Assembly: GCA_000934665.2 (NCBI GenBank)
Contig: KZ538988.1
Span: 1-37,416, forward strand
Length of the DNA stretch: 37,416 nt
Reading direction: 5' to 3'
From: Catajapyx aquilonaris
Lineage: Eukaryota
The position numbers and the translations under genes were made by a program. The notes under the pieces are model-generated. The model was not told where the DNA came from, ran no database searches, and was given only the letters and a program-made list of their open reading frames with translations. Positions within the stretch are counted from its first letter, which is position 1. Each line of letters begins with the position of its first letter. Shown here piece after piece: positions 11,259 through 21,779 of the stretch.

Positions 11259-12640
11259 ATGGCCAATAAAGGAGGAGGCTTTAAAATGGGACAAATCAAC
11301 GTCGGGAAGGGGCAGGTAGCAACATCCATAGCGATACAGTGGGGTGTAGACAGGGGCCTGGACGTCCTTTGTATACAGGAGCCATATTTACCTTGCGTGA
11401 CACGCAGGCTGGCCCAGTTTACTCATGTGGAACCAGAAGGGAAGGTGGTCCTGGTGGTGTATACATACACTAGCGACATCAGAGTAGTGACCCTCGACTC
11501 TTTGAACAGTGACAGAGTGGGGGTGTACCTCATCAAGTTGAGGCCTTTATTCGTGTTGATGTTGGCTAATGTTTACTTCCTCCTGGGAACCAAGAAGAAC
11601 CTGGATGTGGAACTCGTGGCCTTGGACGGTGTCTTGGCTGCCTCTTCTGGGCGGGTGCTGATCTTGGGTGATTTCAATGCCAGGTGTAACTACTGGGGTG
11701 ATCATGTGGACAGCACTAGCTAGGCCGTCTGACCATGGACTGGGCCTCTCGGTGGGATCTTTCCTTTGGCAACGACCCGCTAGCAGGGCCGACTTTCGAC
11801 ACTGTCAATGGCACGAGTCATATTGATTTAATGTGGAGTAGGGGCCTGGTGCTGGAGAGCTGGAAGATCTCCTACACCTACAGGATCTTCACAAGCAACC
11901 ATAATAAGGGGATCCGCTTCAGTGTGGTGGGGTCGTGCCCAAGACCTTCCCCCACCCTTCGATGGCAGATGTCTCGAGAACGATGGGAGGCGTTCCGCCA
12001 GTACATGCGGAACTGGATGGATGGGAGAGAAGATCCAGAGGTCCTGCCTCAAGAGGCCTTGGAAGCCTTGGCGGGGGAGTTCCAGGTGGAGAGAGTCAGA
12101 GCTGCTACAGTCAGTATACCTCGACAGCAGCAGGAGGCAAGGACCTGCTGGTATTGGTGGCCAGAGCTGACCTGGTTGCGGAGGAAGGCTAATGTGGCGA
12201 GAAGAAGCTGGCAGGCTTCCAGGGCCGGGAGCCCTTCTAGGGCTGTGCGAAAAAGAGAAGAATGGATAACGGCCAGAACGGAGTATAAGCGGACTATCCG
12301 GCACCACAAGCGGGAGAGTTGGGATCGATACTGCCAACAGAGTCCTTCCAGGAACCCCTTCTCCCTACCCTACAGGATCCTCCGGGACAGGTTTGGGTGG
12401 AGGATCGAAGGCTCAAGAGGGGTGGAAACTTCCGCGGGTTGCCGTTTAGACGAGTTAGACGACCACCTCATCCGGACGCACTTTCCCAGGGACGATGGAA
12501 CCTGGCATCCAGACCGGATCCTTTGTAATGTTCCAGCAGGTGTGGACACGGGCCTGACAATGATGGAGTTGGAAGCCGTGGTGAGAGACATGGTGGTCAC
12601 CAAGGCCCCTGAGCCGGAGGGGCTCTCTCCACTGCCCTAA
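11259..12640 (+). pseudogene. ORF2/pol remnant: apurinic-like endonuclease plus linker
   Basis: GQINVGK, DVLCIQEPY, LILGDFNA, PTF..GTSHIDL, SNH, WWPELTWLRR, KRESWDRYC, NPFSLPYR, KAPEPEG; frameshift at about 11720. Confidence 0.88.
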
Positions 12641-13183
12641 GATTTTGTGATCCTGACATATGCTATTTTCTCCTAACTGCTCTTGTCAATATCACACAGA
12701 TTTATCATTGTAAATAATTATAATCAACTTTTAATGTCCTCAGTCAACAGTTAATTATGAAAATTAAGGCATGAGGATACATCCATGTGTGGTGGGGAAA
12801 AATATCTAAACTCCCATTTACATCGACATGTATTCCTTTATAATATACATCAAAAGGACGAACCACTCTCTCAACATACAATCGACATAAATGTTTGCGT
12901 TATCCAGTTTGTCAAGCAGAACACTCATGGTCGTGAATTATTAAAACCTTGGCAAACATTCAATGCATAAATGAACATCAAGAGATCCTGGTATGGCAGC
13001 TAGTAACAACAGCGAAAGAAATTCAAATCAAGAAAACAATATTCAGTGGGGCAGTGACACTACAATTACCCCCAATTATTATCAAAGCGTATGTATAATA
13101 TGCCCTTGGTTTATTATGCAGCATAAACTTTGAAGTGACTTGATACCAAGAAGATTGAGTTGGGTCTCCTGAGTGAAAAACAC

Positions 13184-13286
13184 CTAGTCATCTGAGTTCA
13201 CTCCTCTCATCTTCATCATTAGATCAAATCGTTTGTTGCTCCGGACACTGCCAAGAAAGTCGCGCTTCTTGTTGCGAATATCCTTG
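13184..13286 (-). CDS. NUSAP1: NUSAP1 terminal coding exon
   Basis: Acceptor tttccag; KDIRNKKRDFLGSVRSNKRFDLMMKMRGVNSDD*; minus-strand AATAAA at 13110-13115. Confidence 0.85.
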
Positions 13287-16200
13287 CTGGAAATTGAGAC
13301 TCGAGAAATAAAATGTCACCATCAATTAACTTTCAAATGCCTACTGCACCTTGATATTCCTCTGCGCATCTTAACATTGAATTTGTCAGCTGCATGTGCC
13401 ACTGGATGCTTGCACTTCTTGGGCTGATCCACTTCAAGTGGCTCCACTTTCCCCGTGTATGGCTTGTAGGGAAATTTTTCATTCAGAGCAGAATTAAGGG
13501 TGGACTCAAAGCTAGGTACATCTGCAGCTTTAGGGACCCTCTTCCAGACAGGCTTTGAGACTGGGTCAACTTTGGAAACCTGTGCAGATCTCTGGACAAC
13601 AGGGGAGTTGCGCTTTGAGGCCTTCTTGGTAAAGTCCAGAGCCTTCTTGCAATTGGAATCCTGTCAAAATGAAATGTTTTTTGATCTGGAAATTGCAACA
13701 TTTGATGATACCAGGTATAAACTTGGGAGATTCTATACTCAAATGGTACAATACATACAAGTGACTGACAAGAGTGCATTAAACTTGATACATAAAATTG
13801 CCATTTCAAATGAAAATGAGCCAGTCAAATGTGCAGCGACATTGCTACAAATAAGTCCAGGTAAAAACATACAAAAATGCAGGTCTCATCTATTAGTATT
13901 CTAAATTTGGTTCACACCGAGGAGGTAGGTGAGTCAGGGGGTGGGATGGTATGCATACCCACCATCCCCATCCCTATCTTTGCTTCCTATGCCCTTCCTC
14001 CCCCACAGTCAAGCCTAGCAGGGAACATGTCAGTTCACTTGCATGTTGGGCCAGCTACATGATAGTTTCCTATGAAACACTAACATGAAGAAAATTGATG
14101 AAAGAATGACTTCTAAGTCATATGTCTACCAGCACCCAGTCACTCGCCCTCTTTTCGCGTGAGCTTACCTGATTTCCCCCACCGAAAGGGATTGGCCATG
14201 GTCGGCGGTCGAGTCAACTGCCTCGATGGTCACGCCTTACCTAGCAGTGCAATTCTGAACCACTCAGACTGGCTGGAGTCTGAAATGCCTCATGTGGGGC
14301 GCCATGTTGTGGCCCAAGGAGGCCAGCCAATCGGAGTCGACCAAAATGGTTCAGCATTGCCCCGCTAGGTAAGGCGTGACCATCTAGGCAGTTGACTCTA
14401 GCACCAAACGTGGCCAATCTCCCTCGGTGGGGGAGATTAGCAAAGCTCACGGGGGTAGCATGTATTGGTATAGGGAATGACTAGGGGCTGGTCTAAACAG
14501 TCCTGGATGGTGGCTCGACCAAGTAGAATTGCCATGAAAAAATAATTGGACATTCTCCCACCAAATTATTGCCAAATCACAGGTTCGAAAGAAAATCTGA
14601 CAAAAACCCAGATATTAATAATTTCAGTTGGTACTTCATTGGTGTCTAGGATGCCATATACTATTATAAAAGGGCTTCGAGGTAAACATGGCTTGTATAC
14701 AGGGTGAAGAAAAACTCGCCATAATTGCCAGGTAGCCTGACAGGATGTGTAAAAGTGATATAGGGATGTCTAAGTAGTTTTCAGGTACTTTGCATAGTTT
14801 TTGTGCAATGCAACTTTAAAGATTTGTGACATCATATGCACCCTGCCAGCTACAAAGTAGAAAAGCCTGCTTGAGGCCCTCCGCATAATCCGGCCTTGTG
14901 CATGTAAAGGCCCCTACACACGGTAGTGAAACATGCTTGCGGGTTTGAAGGAGAGGGAGGATCCAATCGCACAAGCTACCTATTGACTTTTACTGGAAAA
15001 GTGCATGTGATGTACTGCACAGGGGGAGAAGATGGCATATGATGAAGTGCATGTGTTCGTAGTGGCTGAGGTGCTGCTCTTCCTGGTCCTGCCTCCACCA
15101 GTTCGCCCCCATAGGTCCTGCTGCAATGACCATGGGGCTAGCGACTGGAAGGACAGGCCACTTTCTCCCCCTTTCAGACTTGAGAGTGTGACTGGGCCAG
15201 AAGGGGCCATCTTGAATAATGACATCACATGTGCTTCACAGGGGGAAAATAAAGCTTGTCCTAATTCCATGCATGAAGAGCATAAATCCCACAGCATTAA
15301 CCCCTTCGGCCCCAGATCGGCCCGAACCACACAGTTTTTGGTTTACGCGTACTCCGAAGATACAGACAAGATATTTTGCAAATAATAACAGCTATACTTA
15401 CGAGATCTGGGAAAACCCTATGAATGTGTCTGGAACCATTTTACTCGTCTAGAAGTCCCTAAATTAATTTCCAAAAAAGGGCTATAATAACTCGAAATTG
15501 GACTACTGCCGCCCAACTTTTAGGCTGATTTGATTTTGAAATGCGTGAAAATATGCGGAATAACAACCATGAAAACCATGCCAGACGAATTTGCTGAAAT
15601 CGTCGTACTTTGCGAGAAATAAATTAATATTTATTTGCGGCTTTCTAGCACTTAGGAAAACTCCTAAATGAGTATGAGATGAATTCACTGAAATCGTCGC
15701 ACTTCATGAGAAACAAATAAATTTGGGAGTTTTCCGAAGTGGCAGAAAGCCACAAATAAGTATTAATTTATTTCTCGCAAAGGACGAGGATTTCAGCAAA
15801 TAAATTCCTCTGGTATGGTTCTCAAAGTTGTTATTCCGCATATTTTCACGCATTTCATAATTAAATCAGCCTAAAAGTTGGGAGGCAGTAGTCCAATTTC
15901 GAGTTATTATAGCCCTTTTTTGGAAATTAATTAAGGGACTTCTAGACGAGTAAAATGGTTCCAGACACATTCATAGGGTTTTCCCAGATCTCGTAAGTAT
16001 AGCTGTTATTATTTGCAAAATATCTTGTCCGTATCTTCGGAGTACGCGTAAGCCAAAAACTGTGTGGTTCGGGCCGATCTGGGGCCGAAGGGGTTAATCA
16101 CGCCAATAAGAACGGTGCGCTTTTGCATCTAGCCCCACCCGTGTGAATTTCCTGCGTGTTTCGCTACTGTGTAAGGGCCTTAACGCATCGTATTGTGCCT

Positions 16201-19200
16201 TGCCTCGCTGATTTTATGTGAAAACATAAGGAAAGTGACACTTACTGTATATTGGGCAGTAGATTGTGTGGAAAGGACACTTTTTTTGATCACAGTTTTT
16301 GATACAGTGTCTACAAGAACTTTCTTGCGCTTCACATAATCATCAACAGACTCCATCTGCATGAAGACACGCTCATGTATTTTGGAGAAATTTGGTGTCT
16401 TGCGAACATGACTAGGAGTTTTGCCCTTCTTAACTGATGATACACTCCTGGCAGGCTGCAGCAAGCGTGGAATGCGACTCTTGCCACCTACATGAACAAA
16501 TTGTATTAAAAGAGGGTAAGTTAATTTATAAGCCTTTCTTCCCTTACCTGGTTGAGGTACCACTTCAGTCTCGGCTTCAGCTGCCTGCGTCATACTATGA
16601 AGCTCCAAAGTGACTATAGAAACAAGCATAACTGTATTACTGAAAGGCGGAAACATGGCTGCAAGGAAGACATACTGAAAGGGGGAATGTTATCAGACAA
16701 AAAGCGATCGAAAATAATCGCTCAACTAAACTGTTTAAGCACGTAAAAAACATGTCTCCCCATGTTTTCAGGGTCGCTGATTTCGTATTCCAGGTTATTT
16801 TGAACCGATGTGCATCTATAAAAGCTCCCATATGTGCCCATTCACAGTGTTCAGAGATACCACGTGAACTGTCGCTGACCTCCCCCCCGTGACCAACCGT
16901 GGTATATCAGCAGACCCCCCCCCAATCGGTCACGTGGTATTTGCACGACCCCTTAAATGGACAGCCAGCTTCCCCAAGTCTGAAATAACTTTTTTTGCCA
17001 TTATCCATAAACAATACAAGCATAAANCCCCCCCTCCCAGAAGTTGAGATGATATTAGGATTGTTTTACAACTTCATACTGGATTCAACTTAATACAAGT
17101 ATTACGGTCTTCTTACATCTGACGGCAGCTTAGTGTCATGCAGACATTGCAGTTAGAACACTGTTTCTAAGGGGCTAAATTCAATTTTAAAAAAGGGAAC
17201 ATACCAGGTTTAGGTTCCTCATCAGCTGCCATACATGGGTTCGTCATCACTTCTGAAAAAGTACACCACAACCCAGAATTACAGGAAGCTTCTGTACACA
17301 ACTATGCAATGCAAAGCAATAATTTCAATATAGGATATATGCCTTACCTGTAACCTCAACAGTTGCTGCCTGTGGCATCAACTCCACCTCTGTAATATTA
17401 AGAGTTGTCATTACATCTTATTGCTATGTCTCAGTTTACTTAAATTGCCCAAATACAAACCAGTCCTTTTTCAATCAAGAGCATGTCACCTAAAGCAGTT
17501 TCACTTGATGGCCAATTTTGTACTCTTGTTATATTTTCACCACTACCTCCCTGACTTAAAAAATACAGAGCTTTGGTAAAAAAAAAAAAAAGAGTACCAT
17601 TTAGCTTTAGTCAAAGGTGTAAAGGCACATCTCACCCATGGTCTTGTTTGAATTCCACCCAACTAGCTGGGGCTCAAAAAGAATCTGTGTTGTCATATGA
17701 CTTGCATTTGACAGCAGGTAACTAGTAATTATCATGAACAAGGCATGACAATTCTGGGCCTTGCCAAGGCTCAGTTATCAGGGTGGGCTCACTACAGTGG
17801 GCTAGGATTCAAATGAAGCAGTGGGTGGGATGTGTCTTTACACCCTGGATTCACTCTTAAGCGAACTACTTTGAGTAACGACCAATTGTTTCCGCCTAAA
17901 TCTCTGCGTGATAGGGCTGGATCGATTTATAATAAAATAGCACTATTTAGTGCATCTCATAAGTACCGCTGCAATGTATGATATAATCCGGCAAACCTCT
18001 GTACACCCCAGTCAGAAGTGGAGACACTAATTTTTTTAAATCATACGCTTGAGATACAGCACCTCGGTCCGACTTGCGGCTTACTGTTTTGAAGTCACCA
18101 ACACTTTGCATGGTCGTAGCTCATGACTAGAGTCCGGATTTTTAGGCACGAAACTTGGGCAAAAGACACCAAGTGCAAGCAAGTGTCACTTGCTCTGGAC
18201 TCTACCACTTGCACAATATGTTGTCAAATATTTTACTAAATTTTCCTAGGTTTGGAACAATCCGAGGAAAATTTAGAAAAATATTTGGCATACACGTTAC
18301 AGAAACATGATCCGTAGCATTACTTTTGAACGATTTTGTCCTTTCAGGAGCACAAAAAATACTCCGCATAAAAACCTCTGAAGAAATAGGCCCAAAAAGT
18401 CTGGAAATTGCTTCAAAAAGTTCAAAAACTATCCAAAAAAAAGCTAAATAGGCATGAAAAGTCGCAAAAATCCACAATAGGCAAAACAGTTCCCAAAACC
18501 ATGCAATAGTCCATTTTAGGCACTATAAGACCTATATTTTCCACATCCTGCACTTACGAAACGGATAGATCTCTTCACAAAACCATCCCAACTGTTAAGG
18601 ACCTAAATAGGGATTTGCCTAAAAATCCGGACTCTACTCATGACCAATGGATATATAGCTATATGGGGGGATTGGAGAGTTGGTCCAAGGGCCACCTGGG
18701 AGTCAAATTGTGTGCTTACATTTCGGTACATGCCTGCATTGCTTCACTATCTAGCAATGGAATATTACAGAAGGGGTTTTTCCTAGTTATTTTTTCTGGA
18801 GAGAAGTGAGTGACATCACCTGTGACATTGGCTCTCCCCTCCAGCACCACCAGCCTTGGGAGGTGTTCATATTCAAGACTTTGTGTTCCTGAGCAATGAC
18901 TAGCATACTGGAAAGGAGTGGAGGCTTGAGCTGGCCATGCCCACTCCACTTCATATAATTATGAAACTTTTGAAGTGACAAAGCATAAAGATTCCTGACA
19001 AGAGAGAAGCAGAGAAATGTGGGCCAGAGAAAGAGAGACAGCAGGGAGGTTTGGTTTATTAGGGAGCCACAGCAACTAAGGCCATGAGAGGAGTGAAAGT
19101 ATGGAAGTAAAGGGTGGTATCCACTGCTCAATATCAAGGGGTTTCAACCCGTTCAACCCCTTGAGTGGGCTTGAACCAAGTAGAGCATGGCCCTACTTGA

Positions 19201-20976
19201 TTCAACCCCTTGAATTCAATGGGTTGAATCAAGTAGGGCCATGCTCTACTTGGTTCAGGCCCACTCAAGGAGTTGAATGGGTTGAAACCCCTTGATATTG
19301 AGCAGTGGATACCACCCTTAACAGTAGAATATGACAGGAAGGTTTTAATATTGCTGTTGTGTGTACCTGGACAATGCCTGACAACCCATTCTAGAATGTA
19401 CTTAATGCAGCTGCAAATGGTAAGTTGGCACTTCAAAGTCAATGAAATCTCAAGTCTGTTTTACAAATTCCCTTTTCACGTTATAACGCGACTTCACACC
19501 CCAAACTGCAAGTCGTCACTGCACATGGGTGGGCAGCAAAAAGCCCTTCCTGCCATGTGTCAATTTATGAAAAGATTGCCGCTTGCAGCAAAGTATGAGA
19601 AGGAGAGGGTCGGAGAGGTATGTGCGCTAGGTCAACCTGGGGTCGGGGCAGGCTCGAGGTGGGCTCCAGGGATGTTATCCGGGTGAGGGCAGTGTCCTGG
19701 ACCACATACGGGGCGAAGGCAGACGGGACGGGGGCAAAAGGACGGGACATTAGCGGCCAGGCGGACCTCGGGAAAACATCCGGGGGAAAAGAGCAAGATG
19801 GGGGGACGAGGGGGGAGGAGGTGAGGGAGGCGTGGATGTCATGTGACTCGATGGGACTTCTTCCGATTGGCCCAACGCGGCAGCATACAGTCGGACTTCT
19901 AGAGATTTTGAAGTCTGTAGCTGGCACTTTCGGCAGCAAAACACGACTGTGTGCTGCTCGTTGTCTTTTAATAAATTGATCCGCTGCATGCATTGCTTGC
20001 CGTCAGGCGTTATAAAGTCGCTTTATAATGCAAAAAGGGAATTCATAAAACAGGCTTAAGAATTCTGCAGCTAATTAGAATGATGTCATATACCAGTCTA
20101 GACTCTAGTTAGTTCCAGTTTCCAGTTCTTCAATGCCATTACAATACAGAATCTGTTTTTAATACCTGGTGCAGAGTTCTTACTCCACACTCCAATCATC
20201 TTGCAATTATCTACAGTTCTAGACGCATGTGATCACTCCCTCCCATCTTCATGTGTGGACTGCCCATTGGGCCTCTACCTCATTCAAAATCATGCCAAAT
20301 GCCACCACCAATTAAAAATGACCTCTACACAGTGCTGGACATTAATTCCGTCGCACTGCTAGCGGCATTTTCCGAAGGGGCAGAAGAACACATCGAAGTG
20401 ATGGAGTGTGAACCTTGCAAGTAAAAAGTGGTGAAAAGTGTGTGACGTCATTGGCTGGGGGCAATCGAGAAAAAGGCTTGCACCCAGTCAGTGATATCAC
20501 CCAGGGTCTACCACTGCTTATTCACAAGGCTCGCATTCCATCACTTCAAGTTTCGATGTGTTCTTCTGCTGCTTTGGAAAATGTTGCTAGCAGTACAATG
20601 GAATTATGTCCAGCACTGTACAACTTTGCATGTAGTACAGCACCTGGACGTATTATTTTTACGTCTTCTAGGTTCCTGCCATCATATGACTCCCTTTGTA
20701 CCTGTGGCACTAAATATATATATATATCTCACTTGACATTGAATGACGTACAATGTGTGAAAATTGGGAGTATGCATAATGTATGTGTTTACCTGGGAAA
20801 CCTGAATCGTTGCTGTCATTAAGGTTTTTCTTCTTTCCCTTTCGGCTCTTGCGCCTTGCACTTGGTACAGTATTCTCCTTGGTCATATCATCCTCTGCAG
20901 ATGGTGTCCAGTCAGCTCCCATGGCTCTGGTCATACGTCTGGTCATGCGACGTGTAACAGATGCTGTTGGGTCCAT
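13184..20976 (-). CDS. NUSAP1: Nucleolar and spindle-associated protein 1 (NuSAP / Drosophila Mink-like), multi-exon
   Basis: GT-AG exons read with consistent phase: 20976-20793 (MDPTASVTRRMTRR...KEN...SGFP; in-frame TAA upstream of the ATG), 20709-20644, 17389-17348, 17252-17205, 16613-16548, 16487-16246 (TPNFSKIHERVFMQMESVDDYVKRK, resembling NuSAP [24 protein letters not shown]), 13660-13350 (LNEKFPYKPYTGKVEP), 13286-13184 (GSVRSNKRFDLMMKMR, like the Mink-type GVRxNRRFEL tail, then TAG). The small linker exons are less certain and others may exist. Confidence 0.85.
13350..13660 (-). CDS. NUSAP1: NUSAP1 penultimate exon (microtubule-binding region)
   Basis: Acceptor ttttgacag; open in phase 0: DSNCKKALDF...FPYKPYTGKVEPL...RRGIS. 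Confidence 0.85.
14128..14492. mobile_element. Palindromic MITE in a NUSAP1 intron
   Basis: GAGTCAACTGCCTCGATGGTCACGCCTTACCTAGC mirrored by GCTAGGTAAGGCGTGACCATCTAGGCAGTTGACTC; the opposite-strand ORFs at 14159 and 14241 have similar translations. Confidence 0.75.
14908..16180. mobile_element. PIF/Harbinger-type MITE with TAA TSD, hosting a nested piggyBac-type MITE
   Basis: TAA-AGGCCCCTACACACGGTAGTGAAACATGC ... GCGTGTTTCGCTACTGTGTAAGGGCCT-TAA. Confidence 0.75.
15301..16093. mobile_element. piggyBac-type foldback MITE with TTAA TSD
   Basis: TTAA-CCCCTTCGGCCCCAGATCGG ... CCGATCTGGGGCCGAAGGGG-TTAA; inverted arms of about 365 bp. Confidence 0.9.
16246..16487 (-). CDS. NUSAP1: NUSAP1 conserved exon (NuSAP core motif)
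   Basis: Acceptor catgtag, donor ACA|gtaagt; encodes GGKSRIPRL...TPNFSKIHERVFMQMESVDDYVKRKK. Confidence 0.9.
17613..17847. mobile_element. Degraded MITE
   Basis: GGTGTAAAGGCACATCTCACCCA versus TGGGTGGGATGTGTCTTTACACC. Confidence 0.55.
18128..18636. mobile_element. hAT-type MITE
   Basis: Perfect 21-bp TIR TAGAGTCCGGATTTTTAGGCA and perfect 8-bp TSD CTCATGAC (18120-18127 and 18637-18644). Confidence 0.9.
19111..19318. mobile_element. 208-bp near-perfect palindromic PIF/Harbinger-type MITE
   Basis: TAA-AGGGTGGTATCCACTGCTCAATATC...GATATTGAGCAGTGGATACCACCCT-TAA, centred on TTGAATTCAA. Confidence 0.88.
20330..20618. mobile_element. Tc1/mariner-type MITE
   Basis: CAGTGCTGGACATTAATTCC...GGAATTATGTCCAGCACTG-TA; degenerate arms of about 90 bp. 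Confidence 0.75.
20793..20976 (-). CDS. NUSAP1: NUSAP1 first coding exon (exon begins at 21061 including 5'UTR)
   Basis: Acceptor tttacag ends at 21062; ATG at 20976 preceded by an in-frame stop; donor CAG|gtaaac; basic RRKSRKGKKK stretch and a KEN motif. Confidence 0.7.
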
Positions 20977-21595
20977 TTTGGAATTTCTGTATTTGGCAAC
21001 GTGTCCACGTTGGGATGTATCCAGCGAGTAACCTGAAACTGGTGCGTAGGAAGGTTAAACCCTGTAAACCACACAAAAATGGTATAATTCTTTGTTTTGA
21101 TAAAAGGCTCCCAACAGCCCAGAGTCCACAGCTGACAAATTAAAACTTAATTTCACTAATGTTAACCTAACCTTCTCAAGCATAACCTAATTACACTTAA
21201 TTAACCTAACCCATTTGTTGACTAAAGAAAAAGTTGCGACTTGACGTGTTTTTCAAAAGTACAAAATTCTGCTCTACACCAGTATACTGCACCTTATACT
21301 GACATACCCACCAGATATGCAGTCTCAAATCAAGTCACCCCTGTTATGACCGGCATACCAAAAAATGTAGGGTAATACAGTATCGCTTGATGCATATGCG
21401 CCCTCCAAAACCCTCCAAAATGAGTCTGAGAGACAAATAAAAACTAGCGACTTCTCATCTCGCTTGATCTAATCGAGTCTGAAGCAAAGATCACTGGTCT
21501 TCCAAACATGTCACTTGCATCGTCCTTGCATCTCATCATGAAATATAATAGGGATGAAATGACACGTTGTTCTGTACTGGAACTTATACACTTAC

Positions 21596-21730
21596 CCAGG
21601 CACACAGCAAGAATCCAATGGGAAGCAAATGCACTCAGGCGTCAGGCCCCACACGTAGTGGTGCAGTCAAGGTGCCGTCGTCTGTGCGTGTCCTGTCGTA
21701 AGTTGCACAAACAGTCGGGCGACAGACAAC
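21596..21730 (-). other. Probable non-coding first exon (5'UTR) of NUSAP1
   Basis: Strong minus-strand donor CTGG|gtaagt at 21596/21595, immediately downstream of the promoter motif cluster; start position approximate. Confidence 0.55.
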
Positions 21731-21732
21731 GA

Positions 21733-21779
21733 CCGTTACCTTTCAAATAAATCCAGTGGCCGTTATGACTTATGATTGG
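21733..21779 (-). promoter_or_regulatory. G2/M-type promoter: CCAAT box, two MYB sites and a CHR
   Basis: On the minus strand: CCAAT (21775-21779), TAACGG (21760-21765), TTTGAA (21742-21747), TAACGG (21733-21738). Confidence 0.6.

Larger units (their letters stand above)
10432..12640 (+). mobile_element. R1-clade non-LTR retrotransposon, truncated at both ends and inactive
   Basis: Gag remnant with three CCHC knuckles, followed by an APE endonuclease and the pre-RT linker; ends at KAPEPEG before the RT core. Confidence 0.85.

Noticed and set aside
13483..13904. Listed ORFs over 13483-13904
   Set aside because: Antisense or out-of-frame shadows of the NUSAP1 exon.
16850..16953. Harbinger-like terminus (...GCACGACCCCT-TAA)
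   Set aside because: Only one end found; cannot delimit an element.
19478..20030. GC-rich block with ORFs of 119-142 aa and weak inverted ends (GTTATAACGCGACTT / AAGTCGCTTTATAAT)
   Set aside because: No recognisable protein; probably an old repeat, but the termini are too degenerate to call.
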